Notes: generated by a model not told the origin, from the letters alone. A stretch of 32,000 nucleotides of DNA from Candidatus Korarchaeum cryptofilum OPF8 (GCF_000019605.1 NC_010482.1:600001-632000), one strand, 5' to 3'. Shown: positions 1 to 7,877, counted from the stretch's first letter. Numbers and translations are program-made.

Positions 1-219
1 GGGGAGGAGGTGCTTCACTACTTCTCCGAGAGGCCTCCAGAGGTGCTAGTAGTTGGCACTGGGCAGAGCGGCCTCATGCCCCTGTCCGGCGTTGAGGAAG
101 CTTGTGAGAAGCTGAATATAGAGCTAATAGTTGAGAGGACTCCGGATGCCGTGAGGACTTTCAATAAATTGAGGGAGAGCGGTAGGAGGGTTAACGCGAT
201 ATTTCACGTCACATGCTGA
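1..219 (+). CDS. Mth938-like (DUF498) domain protein, C-terminal part; the 5' end lies outside the window
   Basis: The frame is open from nt 1, so the listed GTG at 10 is probably internal. The segment VLVVGTGQSGLMPLS...NIELIVERTPDAVRTFNKL resembles the Mth938 fold family. Confidence 0.55.
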   Translation, partial: GEEVLHYFSERPPEVLVVGTGQSGLMPLSGVEEACEKLNIELIVERTPDAVRTFNKLRESGRRVNAIFHVTC

Positions 220-1010
220 CCGAACTTCCTCGCTAGCAAGTAGGAGAGGTAGTAGAGTATTAAGAAAGGTACTGAGAGGGCTATCATGGAGACCGGAGTT
301 GGATCCGGAGTAACGATAGCTAGTATGACGAGGACTATGAAGAAGATGTAACCGAACTTCTCCCTGAGGGTCTCGGGCCTCAGGATGTCCAAGTAAGATA
401 GTACCGCTATTATCAATGGGAAGGTGAAGAAGAGTCCCACGATGACCAAGCCCGTTATTATGAATGAGAAGAACTGCTCAATAGAGAATATCAGCTTTAT
501 GCCGCTCGCTATATATATCAGCGAGAGGAAGAATATGGTCAGGGGCATGACGACGAAATAAGCGTAAATCACGCCTGATGAGAAGAGAATGGAAAATCCT
601 AGGACGAATGGAATTATTATCCTCTTCTCCCTCTCCTCCAAACCGGGCTCAACGAAATCGTAGATCTGCTTCGCTATATAGGGAGAGGATATGACCAAGC
701 CGAAGAGGAGGGAGAGCATCAAAATTACTTCTATAGAATCTATCCAGCTGTAAGCTATGAGATCTATATTTACCTCCTTTATCCCGAAGATATTGGCTAG
801 GGGCCTCAGGATCGGGTTATTCAAGTCAGTCATATCCCTCCTCACTCTATCCATTATCGAGAAGATGAGGGGCCTGTAACTATGAGATGAGGGATCTGGG
901 AAAATGGAGACAGCTATCGACGATATTATTACTGAGATCAATGCTCTCCTCAGCCTCTCCAAGAGCTCTATTATATGATCCTGAACTGGGAGCTCTTTAT
1001 CCTTGCTCAT
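204..1010 (-). CDS. tatC: Twin-arginine translocase subunit TatC
   Basis: 268 aa. The N-terminus DHIIELLERLRRALISVIISS is typical of TatC and is followed by multiple hydrophobic helices, consistent with a six-TM protein. Confidence 0.85.
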   Translation of the reverse strand: MSKDKELPVQDHIIELLERLRRALISVIISSIAVSIFPDPSSHSYRPLIFSIMDRVRRDMTDLNNPILRPLANIFGIKEVNIDLIAYSWIDSIEVILMLSLLFGLVISSPYIAKQIYDFVEPGLEEREKRIIIPFVLGFSILFSSGVIYAYFVVMPLTIFFLSLIYIASGIKLIFSIEQFFSFIITGLVIVGLFFTFPLIIAVLSYLDILRPETLREKFGYIFFIVLVILAIVTPDPTPVSMIALSVPFLILYYLSYLLARKFGQHVT

Positions 1011-1785
1011 ATTCTCCCATCAACTCCTCATGCGAAGCTTTAGCTACTACTACCATCTCGGGGCTGCTCCCTGAGAAGGGAACTATCTCATAGTCCGGGT
1101 AGATCTCGCATACTGAGAAGCTGCGGCTTCTCAGTATATACCTTATCTCCCTAGGGGTGAAGAGTCTCAGCCTTATCTTATGATCCATGATATCCACGCT
1201 CCCCCTCGATAGATCTATTATAGACCAGCCTATATCGAGAGCAGCTATCTGATCCTTGAGATCTATCTTCCATGAGCTCTCCTTTATAGCTAGAGAGTTC
1301 CCGGATTTCCTGAGCTCGGGGATCGGCATCTCATAGTAGACCCTCTTCTCTATCACTCCCAAGATATTCCAGGTGTCGAATATGAAGAGACCTCCGTCCA
1401 CTAAGCTCCTCCTCGCAGCTTCTAGGAACTTCACGAGCGATTCATCCTCAGTGAAGTAACTTATCACACCGTACATAGCTATCGCTACATCGAACCCTCT
1501 CAATTCCATGTTAGAGGCATCTCCTACTAAGAATTTTACGTTCTCCATCCCCTTAGCTTTTTCCCTCGCTCTATTAATCATATCCTCAGATACATCTATG
1601 CCTACTACTTCATATCCCCTCCTACCGAACTCTATGCTGTGCATCCCAGTCCCGCATCCCACATCTAGGACTCTCCTCGCCCTCCCCTTGTAAAATTTTT
1701 TAATCACTTCCTCCAAAAAGTCGACCTCTTCACTCACGTTTCTATTCGCATAAAGCAGATCGTAGTATTGAGCGTAACGATCCAT
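997..1785 (-). CDS. Class I SAM-dependent methyltransferase
   Basis: Motif I VLDVGCGTGMHS, followed by acidic GIDVSEDMI and post-I/II elements (FLVGDA, FDVAIAMYG). Overlaps the tatC start by 14 nt, suggesting an operon. Confidence 0.85.
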   Translation of the reverse strand: MDRYAQYYDLLYANRNVSEEVDFLEEVIKKFYKGRARRVLDVGCGTGMHSIEFGRRGYEVVGIDVSEDMINRAREKAKGMENVKFLVGDASNMELRGFDVAIAMYGVISYFTEDESLVKFLEAARRSLVDGGLFIFDTWNILGVIEKRVYYEMPIPELRKSGNSLAIKESSWKIDLKDQIAALDIGWSIIDLSRGSVDIMDHKIRLRLFTPREIRYILRSRSFSVCEIYPDYEIVPFSGSSPEMVVVAKASHEELMGEYEQG

Positions 1786-1836
1786 AAGAGGTCTCGGACT
1801 CGCTGAATCTATCCTTAAAAAATTTTTTGATACATC

Positions 1837-2070
1837 TCAGCCCACCATCATATCGGCTAGCGGATCGTCCCCCCTCAGCATGGTCCTAACGATATCCATG
1901 AAGTCCTCGCTCAGATCAATATTATCTTCCTTGAGCACATCCACTATAGTGGAAGCGACTAGGAGAAGGGCCAGCATTATCCTATGGAGTGGTTGCGATT
2001 TCAGGAGATCGTCCCCCTTTATCAACTCGACTATCCTCTTAGCGACGTCCCCTACCGAGGCCTCTTCCAA
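1837..2070 (-). CDS. Small hypothetical protein (77 aa)
   Basis: ORF with host-like codon usage, divergent from the encapsulin gene. No recognisable motif. Confidence 0.35.
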   Translation of the reverse strand: MEEASVGDVAKRIVELIKGDDLLKSQPLHRIMLALLLVASTIVDVLKEDNIDLSEDFMDIVRTMLRGDDPLADMMVG

Positions 2071-2146
2071 GGGATCACCTCAACGAATAACAGCTTCGAT
2101 AATTAAAATTTTTCCATGGAAAGTCCCCGGCTGAAGTTATGGAACA

Positions 2147-2156
2147 TTTATATTAT
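2147..2156 (+). promoter_or_regulatory. TATA-like box (TTTATATTAT) about 24 nt upstream of ATG 2175
   Basis: A/T-rich box at the spacing expected for a leaderless archaeal mRNA. A second A/T box at 2101-2113 could instead serve ATG 2139. Confidence 0.4.
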
Positions 2157-2174
2157 TTCGCTGCCATTCAGCTC

Positions 2175-3218
2175 ATGCTCAGCAAGAACCCCATAGAGCT
2201 CCCGGAGGGGAGGAAGTTCTCCAAGGATGAGATAGCCCAGGCCCTCAGGCTCGGCATAATAGCTGAGCTAGATGCCATAAATCTCTACCTGCAGTTAGCT
2301 AAGGGCATAGATGATGAGGCAGCTAAGAGGGTCTTTGAGGATATAGCTAAGGAGGAGAAGACCCACGTTGGAGAGTTCCTGGCTTTATTGAAGAGTTTGG
2401 ATGAGGAGCAAGTCTTGGAGCTAGTTAAGGGCGCTGAAGAAGTTTCTAAGCTCACCGGAATAAAGGTGGAGGATCCATCTAGTCCTAGAGAGGATTCTGA
2501 GGGCTGGGAGGAGCTTCAGAATTTAGTCAAGGATTACGCTAATTCTATCAGGAGGGTCAGGCCCAGTCTTCCTGTGACTTCCCTGGGCAGGGGGATCGAT
2601 GCAGTGCCAGTCGAGGAGGTATCCTTAGATGGGAGCATAAAATCGAGGAGGTACATAGTACAACTGAGGGAGATATCCCAGACTTTTGAGATAGCTCAAG
2701 CCTCCCTAGATTATTCGAAATCCATAGGGAAGCTCGAGGTACCTCAGGCCCTTACTGCAGCGAGCAAGCTGATTTTCGAGGAGGAGAAAACAATTTTAGA
2801 TGGAATAAAGGAGAAAGCAGGGATGAAGATGGGAATATCTTCTTGGGATGAGCCCGGATCCGCTGTCAATGAGGTCGCATCAGCCCTATCCAAACTACTC
2901 TCCAACGGGTTCCCCGGGCCCTTTCTACTGTTCCTCAGCCCCTCTAGATACGCGAAATTAGTCTCAGTCCATGAGAGGACCGGTATAATGGAACTTCAGA
3001 GGCTCAAGGCCCTGATAAAGGATGTGATAGCCTCTCCAGCTATCGGTGATGAGGAAGCAGTTCTAATATCATCGAATCAGCAGGTGCTGGACGTAGCCAT
3101 AGGCGCGGATACGGTCCTGGATTACATAGGGCCCATAGATGGATCTCACGCTTTCAGGCTTTGGGAGACTCTAGCAGTCAGGGTGAAGGATCCTAGGGGC
3201 ATTGTTTTAATGAGATGA
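2175..3218 (+). CDS. Family-1 encapsulin shell protein with N-terminal fused ferritin-like (rubrerythrin-like) cargo domain
   Basis: The N-terminus MLSKNP...LRLGIIAELDAINLYLQLA...AKEEKTHVGEF is a ferritin-like four-helix ExxH signature. The C-terminal ~245 aa (GRGIDAVPVEEV...PFLLFLSPSRYAKL...VLDVAIGADTVLDYIGP...LWETLAVRVKDP) resembles the linocin-M18/encapsulin HK97 fold. The architecture matches the Pyrococcus furiosus virus-like-particle protein. The ORF track starts at 2139; I prefer ATG 2175 by comparison with that family. Confidence 0.85.
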   Translation: MLSKNPIELPEGRKFSKDEIAQALRLGIIAELDAINLYLQLAKGIDDEAAKRVFEDIAKEEKTHVGEFLALLKSLDEEQVLELVKGAEEVSKLTGIKVEDPSSPREDSEGWEELQNLVKDYANSIRRVRPSLPVTSLGRGIDAVPVEEVSLDGSIKSRRYIVQLREISQTFEIAQASLDYSKSIGKLEVPQALTAASKLIFEEEKTILDGIKEKAGMKMGISSWDEPGSAVNEVASALSKLLSNGFPGPFLLFLSPSRYAKLVSVHERTGIMELQRLKALIKDVIASPAIGDEEAVLISSNQQVLDVAIGADTVLDYIGPIDGSHAFRLWETLAVRVKDPRGIVLMR

Positions 3219-3509
3219 GGGAGTGGGGGCCATAGTCCGCCTTCTGTACTGGGGGGATTTGGCTAAGCGCCTACCTCCCGCTCGCCCCAGCCCCTCATAG
3301 CGGGAATCGGCTTGCACGCCGCCGGGGCCCCGTTTCACCGGTCCCTCGGGGATTCTCAGCCTCACCGGCATCATCGTCATCCCCCCGAGGACGTGTCGTT
3401 TCTGTGGGCCTTCCCACCCCTCTCGAGGTGCCTCCTTGCGGAGGGGCGGCGCTGGGGGCGTGGGCGGACCTTCCCCAGCTCGAAGCCGTAACCCCCGGCC
3501 CCCTCTCCC
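3219..3509 (-). ncRNA. rnpB: RNase P RNA, archaeal type A
   Basis: Read on the minus strand it shows a P1 pairing (5' GGGAGAGGGGGCC with 3' GGCCCCCACUCCC) and a CR-I-like GGGGAAGGUCCGCCCAC. It also has CCCACAGAAA, GGUGAAACGGGG and a CR-V-like GUACAGAAGGCGGACUAUGG. The P4 strands GGUCCG and CGGACU are complementary. The region is conspicuously G+C-rich with no credible ORF. Confidence 0.85.
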
Positions 3510-3530
3510 ATGATAGAGGAATCACTCATA

Positions 3531-3540
3531 TTAAAAATTA
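3531..3540 (-). promoter_or_regulatory. TATA-like box (minus strand TAATTTTTAA) about 25 nt upstream of the RNase P RNA 5' end
   Basis: Spacing to the predicted P1 5' end at about 3509. It overlaps the stop codon of the upstream HTH gene. Confidence 0.45.
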
Positions 3541-3909
3541 CTTGAATATCTCCGGGCATATATTACAGCTGCGGTCGATCCCATCGATTGAACGATGGAA
3601 CTCGCAAAGGAGCTTCCTCGATAGTAGCTCGGATGCTATCTTATAGATGCTGAAATTTATGCTCACCCTCTCCCCAGCTATTATCGACTCAGCCAGCTCA
3701 TCAGTGAGCTTCGATACCTCTTCCAAATCCTCGAGCCTCAATAAGGCTCCTCTCTTCATATTAAGGTATCTTGAGACGTTTGAAACCGAAATCCCTAAAA
3801 TTTCCGCTATTTCAACCTCCAGAAGGCCCCTCTTCCTCAAGTTCATTACTAGGAGCCTGTAGAGGCCGGGGATTAGGTACCTATCAGCTAAGAAGAAGGG
3901 GCTCTTCAT
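3538..3909 (-). CDS. Helix-turn-helix transcriptional regulator (COG2522-like)
   Basis: HTH segment EVEIAEILGISVSNVSRYLNMKRG; C-terminal Cys-containing tail. It abuts the upstream DUF438 gene (stop/start adjacent), suggesting an operon. Confidence 0.7.
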   Translation of the reverse strand: MKSPFFLADRYLIPGLYRLLVMNLRKRGLLEVEIAEILGISVSNVSRYLNMKRGALLRLEDLEEVSKLTDELAESIIAGERVSINFSIYKIASELLSRKLLCEFHRSIDGIDRSCNICPEIFK

Positions 3910-5184
3910 TCAGAGCACCACTATCCTCTTCTTTATTTCCTCAGGATTCTCCAATATTTCCGTGAGGTCCTCAACTATCTCCAGAGTACCCAGATATTTC
4001 CCCTCATCGTCCCTGATGCCAGCTACTATCACCCTCACTATCCTGTCCCCGACCCTAGTCCAGAACTCCCTGTGGGGGAACTCCCCTTCCTTTATCTTCT
4101 TGACGTTGAGCATCACGTAACCCTCCAACCTGGGCGGGTGGCAGAAGTTCAATCTCCTCCCTATTATAGTCTTAGTCCTCACGAAGCCCGATCTCATGGA
4201 GGATTCAGTGTAGAACCTGACTCTATCATTCTCATCGGCGAAAGTTAGCTCGATGGGCAAGTTCCTCAGGATCCTCTCCAGTTCCTTGACGCTCAAGAAA
4301 CCAGTTTCCATCTCAATATCCCCTTCCTTCCTTATCTCATATTCATCGGGAGTCGCTGATGAAGCTAGATTCCTGAACTCCATGGGCAGCGTCGATAAAT
4401 CCTTAACCTCCGGTACCAATTGATACGGATAGATGGGCTCGGCTTCAGGTGACCACTTCCCCAGCTCAACTCCCATATCCCCGAGGATCTCATATATCGC
4501 TGCCCACTCCCCCTCTGAGAATAGAGTCCAGCAAGCTGGGTAAAGTATCTTATTCTCCCTGAACACAAGATCTATGATCTCCTTCGATATTTCCTCGGAG
4601 AGGGAGGCTACTTTTTCCTTAGCATCTTCTTTCCCACTCTTAAACTCATCTAAAGCTTCTCTCAATTCCCTCATCTTCACTATGATTTGATCCTCCCTCC
4701 CCCAGAGGACCCTTGGGACTGCTGTTATCCCTCTCCTCTCTAAATAGGGGAATATCAGCATCTGATTCTTCCTGTAATGGGATCTCAGCTTCCTCAACTC
4801 ACCTAAGAGCTCCTCTATGGAATTAAGGACATCGCTTCCCTCCTTCAGAGCTCTAGCATACAGCCCCAGGGCCTCAGCGTCCTTGAGTAGCTCATCGTTC
4901 TCCCTCATGAGAATATCTAGCGGATGCCCCTCTGGGACCCCCTTAAGCTCTCTTTTAGCTAGAGAATCCCTGAAGAGTGCTACATGCAGATCGCAGAGGC
5001 TCAGTATCTCCCTTACACTTATCCCCTCCTTGACGAGCTCTTGTTCTATCAGAGGGATCTCAAATGGTGATATATCAGATAATAAATCACCATATTTCTC
5101 CTTAAGCTCCTCAACACTAGATCCGCTGTGGAGGAGCTTTATCGCATTCTTCAAGAGCTCCTTCCTCTCATCGAAACTACTCAT
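3910..5184 (-). CDS. DUF438 / hemerythrin-like / PAS-domain sensor protein
   Basis: N-terminus MSSFDERKELLKNAIKLLHSG...ISPFEIPLIEQELVKEGISVREILSLCDLHVALFRD is DUF438-like. A central HHE/hemerythrin-like helical part follows, then a C-terminal PAS-like part (ELTFADENDRVRFYT...IGRRLNFCHPP). The track's GTG start at 5214 lies inside the TATA box, so ATG 5184 is preferred. Confidence 0.75.
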   Translation of the reverse strand: MSSFDERKELLKNAIKLLHSGSSVEELKEKYGDLLSDISPFEIPLIEQELVKEGISVREILSLCDLHVALFRDSLAKRELKGVPEGHPLDILMRENDELLKDAEALGLYARALKEGSDVLNSIEELLGELRKLRSHYRKNQMLIFPYLERRGITAVPRVLWGREDQIIVKMRELREALDEFKSGKEDAKEKVASLSEEISKEIIDLVFRENKILYPACWTLFSEGEWAAIYEILGDMGVELGKWSPEAEPIYPYQLVPEVKDLSTLPMEFRNLASSATPDEYEIRKEGDIEMETGFLSVKELERILRNLPIELTFADENDRVRFYTESSMRSGFVRTKTIIGRRLNFCHPPRLEGYVMLNVKKIKEGEFPHREFWTRVGDRIVRVIVAGIRDDEGKYLGTLEIVEDLTEILENPEEIKKRIVVL

Positions 5185-5213
5185 CTTATCACCATGGTTA
5201 TAACAAGCTCGCA

Positions 5214-5223
5214 CTTTATAAAT
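5214..5223 (-). promoter_or_regulatory. TATA-like box (minus strand ATTTATAAAG) for the DUF438-HTH operon
   Basis: About 30 nt upstream of ATG 5184. Confidence 0.4.
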
Positions 5224-5239
5224 TTGCCGTGTGGCAAAT
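5222..5239. repeat. Perfect 7-bp inverted repeat ATTTGCC-GTGT-GGCAAAT in the divergent intergenic region
   Basis: Read directly from the sequence. It overlaps or abuts the minus-strand TATA box, which is an operator-like position. Confidence 0.6.
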
Positions 5240-5270
5240 CGCTTATTAAATAAAATAGTTTTACAGGATC

Positions 5271-5299
5271 ATCATCAATATTTGAAAATTATCATCAAT
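5271..5299. repeat. Direct repeat ATCATCAAT x2, 20-bp period, just upstream of the 5303 TATA box
   Basis: Copies at 5271-5279 and 5291-5299. The spacing is about two helical turns. Confidence 0.55.
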
Positions 5300-5302
5300 C
5301 TA

Positions 5303-5310
5303 TTTATAAA
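5303..5310 (+). promoter_or_regulatory. TATA-like box (TTTATAAA) about 23 nt upstream of ATG 5329
   Basis: Spacing fits a leaderless transcript for the 5329-7877 gene pair. Confidence 0.45.
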
Positions 5311-5328
5311 GATTATTGTATTGACGCT

Positions 5329-6102
5329 ATGAAAGAGCATCATAGCTCGACTGAGCATGGTAAACTTTTTCAGTTATCGCTGGGCCTATGGAGGATGCCC
5401 GGAAGTAACTTCTACCCTTTGCCCCTCAAGAACCTCTACAAGCTCGCTACATCCATGAGGGAGCTCGATGTCAACAGCATAATGTCCCTACTGAAGGTCA
5501 GTAAGAGGAAAGCTGAACAGTACGAGAAAACCTTGAACTGGATTTTGGGAAGAGTTAAAGATGCGAAATCCATGGATGAGTTCTTTGAAAGGGTAGCGGA
5601 AGCTCTCCTGAGCGAATATAAGCTGGATAAGGCCTTCGCCCTCCTGATGGATAGGAGCATTCCCCTCTCCCCATCGAGCCTCTCGTCAGCGATCAGGGGG
5701 AACGGCATGAATATCAACGATACTGAGGCAAAAGCCATAATCTCATGGCTCAAGGAAGGCGGATTCCTAAAGGAGAGGAGAGTCCCTATCTTAGCCCTCT
5801 CCTTAGAGGAGAGAGTGCTCGAAGATATAAGGAGCAGGGGCTCCTTGACATACTCAAGCCTCAGGAAGGTCTATGGTGATTCTGCGAGGAGAATAATATT
5901 CTCCTTATGGAAGAAGGGCCTCGTGAATGTCCCATCCTTCGAGAAGTACAGGAAATTGCTTGAGAGCGTCGAGGATATCGATAGGATACCTGGAAACGTT
6001 TCAGGGAAGGTATTCTCGACCTGGCAGGATAGGATAAGCGGAGAAGTTTACAGCGAGCTCGTGATACCTCTGAGGGAGAGGATATCGGCAAGGTGGCATT
6101 GA
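5329..6102 (+). CDS. Hypothetical helical protein with wHTH-like segments (257 aa), partner of the downstream ATPase
   Basis: Long ORF with host codon usage. Segments such as AKAIISWLKEGGFLKERR and LEDIRSRGSLTYSSLRKVYGDSARRIIFSLWKKGLV look winged-helix-like. No catalytic motif. Its stop TGA (6100-6102) overlaps ATG 6102 of the next gene. Confidence 0.6.
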   Translation: MKEHHSSTEHGKLFQLSLGLWRMPGSNFYPLPLKNLYKLATSMRELDVNSIMSLLKVSKRKAEQYEKTLNWILGRVKDAKSMDEFFERVAEALLSEYKLDKAFALLMDRSIPLSPSSLSSAIRGNGMNINDTEAKAIISWLKEGGFLKERRVPILALSLEERVLEDIRSRGSLTYSSLRKVYGDSARRIIFSLWKKGLVNVPSFEKYRKLLESVEDIDRIPGNVSGKVFSTWQDRISGEVYSELVIPLRERISARWH

Positions 6103-7877
6103 TGAGCCTCGAACACTGGGAGGAGATAAGGCAAATTTATGAGAGCTTCAGGAAGCTTGAGAGCTCTTCTATAAGATCGATACTCGAATTATGGTCGGAT
6201 AGGAGGCCCTTAGAAATCAAGCTGAGCTTAATGCATGAGATATTGGTGAACTCGAAGCGCCTGAAGGAGACTATGGAAAGCATAATCAGGTACTTGAGTG
6301 AGAGGGAGTGGAGGGGAGCTATAATAAGCATAGTTGGAGAATATGGATCAGGGAAGACTCAATTTGGCCATATTCTCCTGAGAAGGCTGAGGGAAGAGGG
6401 AGTATTCTCGAAGATAATAACGATAAGTCCTATGAAGGATGTTAGGGAGCTGCTCCTTGAGGAGCTGAGTGATGAGGGGCCCACCGTCCTCATAATAGAT
6501 GAGATAGATCAGCTCCTGGACGAGTTCGAGAGGGGGGAGAGGAGGGATATCGAATACCTAGCTGATCTGATCAGGGGAATAACTGAGGGAAGCTACGGGA
6601 ACCCTCCCAGGGGATCCGTGATAATGCTGCTATCCAAGAGGGCTAGCGATACTATGAAGAGGGATAGAGCCCTGGGGAGCAGGCTAATGGACAGATCCAG
6701 GGAGTTCAGTCTCTCAATGAGCGATGATGAGAGGGAGAGAGCTAGCAAAGAGGCATTAAAGAAGATAATTGCCCTCTGGCTGGCCTATTTTGAGCAAAAC
6801 GATGATATGAGGTATGCTATAAAGAGATCGCTTGATAAGATATATCCTTTCATGGAGAGGTTCGCCTCAGAGCTCTCGAGGACTAGGGAGATAGGTGGCG
6901 TTGTTAAGGGCCTCACAGATCTCTCATCAGAGATAATTAAAAATTTGGGAAGATTCGAGGATATGGGAAGGATAGAGGAGGGGAGATTCGCTGAGGATCT
7001 CCTGAAGAAGTTCTTATTGAGCGAGGTGAGGAACATAAAGTTGGAGGTGAGGATAGGGGACGTCACCAAGGATTACATAGCTGTATTCTCCGATGAGCCC
7101 CTCAGCGTTCCAGGGGCGAGGACGGATGCTCATTTCGATGTTTGGACCTTCGATCCCAGGTTAGGGATGAGGGGGGATGTGCTCGTATCTAGAGTCGGAA
7201 TCGAGATAAAATATGGCGAATACTGGAAGGAGAGGTGCGATCAGCTCCTCAAGATCATGGAGAAGTACCCCCTTCTTCTGATATCGATAGCTGATATAGA
7301 CCCGGATGATATAACGGAGATGAGGATTAAGATGGGCATGGGGTTCGATATCGTGAATTTGAAGCCAGATCTCTTCAGGACCCTTCAAGTGCTAAAGGAA
7401 GAAGCTGCTATGAGTTTCCTGGGGAAGTACTCGACGCTCAGGAGGGACCTGAAGGAGGCCCTGGAGAACCTAATGAGGCTCGCTGTTAAGGTCAAGGAGG
7501 AAGTCAGTGAGCAGGATATTCTATCAGAAGCCTCTGTCAACGTCTTAAGCTCCGTTTTAAGGGAGTTGAGGGGAGCTAAAAGCTCCAAGAGATATGAGAC
7601 TCTCTCGAAACTCATAGCCAGGGCTATAGAGGATACCTTCAGGAAGCACGGAGCTAGCCCTCCGTCCCTCTCGAGTAACGTGATCCTAGGGATAGTTAAA
7701 ATACTTGAGAGGGAGGGAATGGGGAGGATAAGCCAGAGCGGGAAGAGCTTCAACATAGATAAAGATTGCAGGCTCAGGATAGAGGAGATAGAGCAGGATA
7801 TGGAGAGAAGGAGGAGGATAGAGAGGGTGATATTCGATACCATATCGAAGCCCCTGGGTGCCACTCTTGAGCTCTGA
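6102..7877 (+). CDS. AAA+/P-loop ATPase with internal PD-(D/E)xK-like nuclease signature and C-terminal wHTH-like region
   Basis: Walker A GEYGSGKT (6336-6359). Walker B VLIIDEID (6486-6509). A D...ExK pattern occurs in TDAHFDVW...(20 aa)...VGIEIKYG (7125-7211). The C-terminal segment NVILGIVKILEREGMGRISQSGKSF is wHTH-like. The track start GTG 6093 is also possible. Confidence 0.7.
   Translation: MSLEHWEEIRQIYESFRKLESSSIRSILELWSDRRPLEIKLSLMHEILVNSKRLKETMESIIRYLSEREWRGAIISIVGEYGSGKTQFGHILLRRLREEGVFSKIITISPMKDVRELLLEELSDEGPTVLIIDEIDQLLDEFERGERRDIEYLADLIRGITEGSYGNPPRGSVIMLLSKRASDTMKRDRALGSRLMDRSREFSLSMSDDERERASKEALKKIIALWLAYFEQNDDMRYAIKRSLDKIYPFMERFASELSRTREIGGVVKGLTDLSSEIIKNLGRFEDMGRIEEGRFAEDLLKKFLLSEVRNIKLEVRIGDVTKDYIAVFSDEPLSVPGARTDAHFDVWTFDPRLGMRGDVLVSRVGIEIKYGEYWKERCDQLLKIMEKYPLLLISIADIDPDDITEMRIKMGMGFDIVNLKPDLFRTLQVLKEEAAMSFLGKYSTLRRDLKEALENLMRLAVKVKEEVSEQDILSEASVNVLSSVLRELRGAKSSKRYETLSKLIARAIEDTFRKHGASPPSLSSNVILGIVKILEREGMGRISQSGKSFNIDKDCRLRIEEIEQDMERRRRIERVIFDTISKPLGATLEL

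Noticed and set aside
1837-2070. 77-aa ORF as a separate encapsulin cargo protein
   Set aside because: Its C-terminus (GDDPLADMMVG) does not resemble the family-1 targeting peptide. It is also divergently transcribed, and the encapsulin already carries a fused ferritin-like cargo domain.
3295-3646. Three overlapping ORFs (3295-3525 minus, 3377-3559 minus, 3404-3646 plus) with Arg/Gly/Pro-rich translations
   Set aside because: They overlap each other on both strands and lack host-like codon usage. They coincide with a sequence that has the RNase P RNA conserved regions and helices, so they are artefacts of a G+C-rich structured RNA gene.
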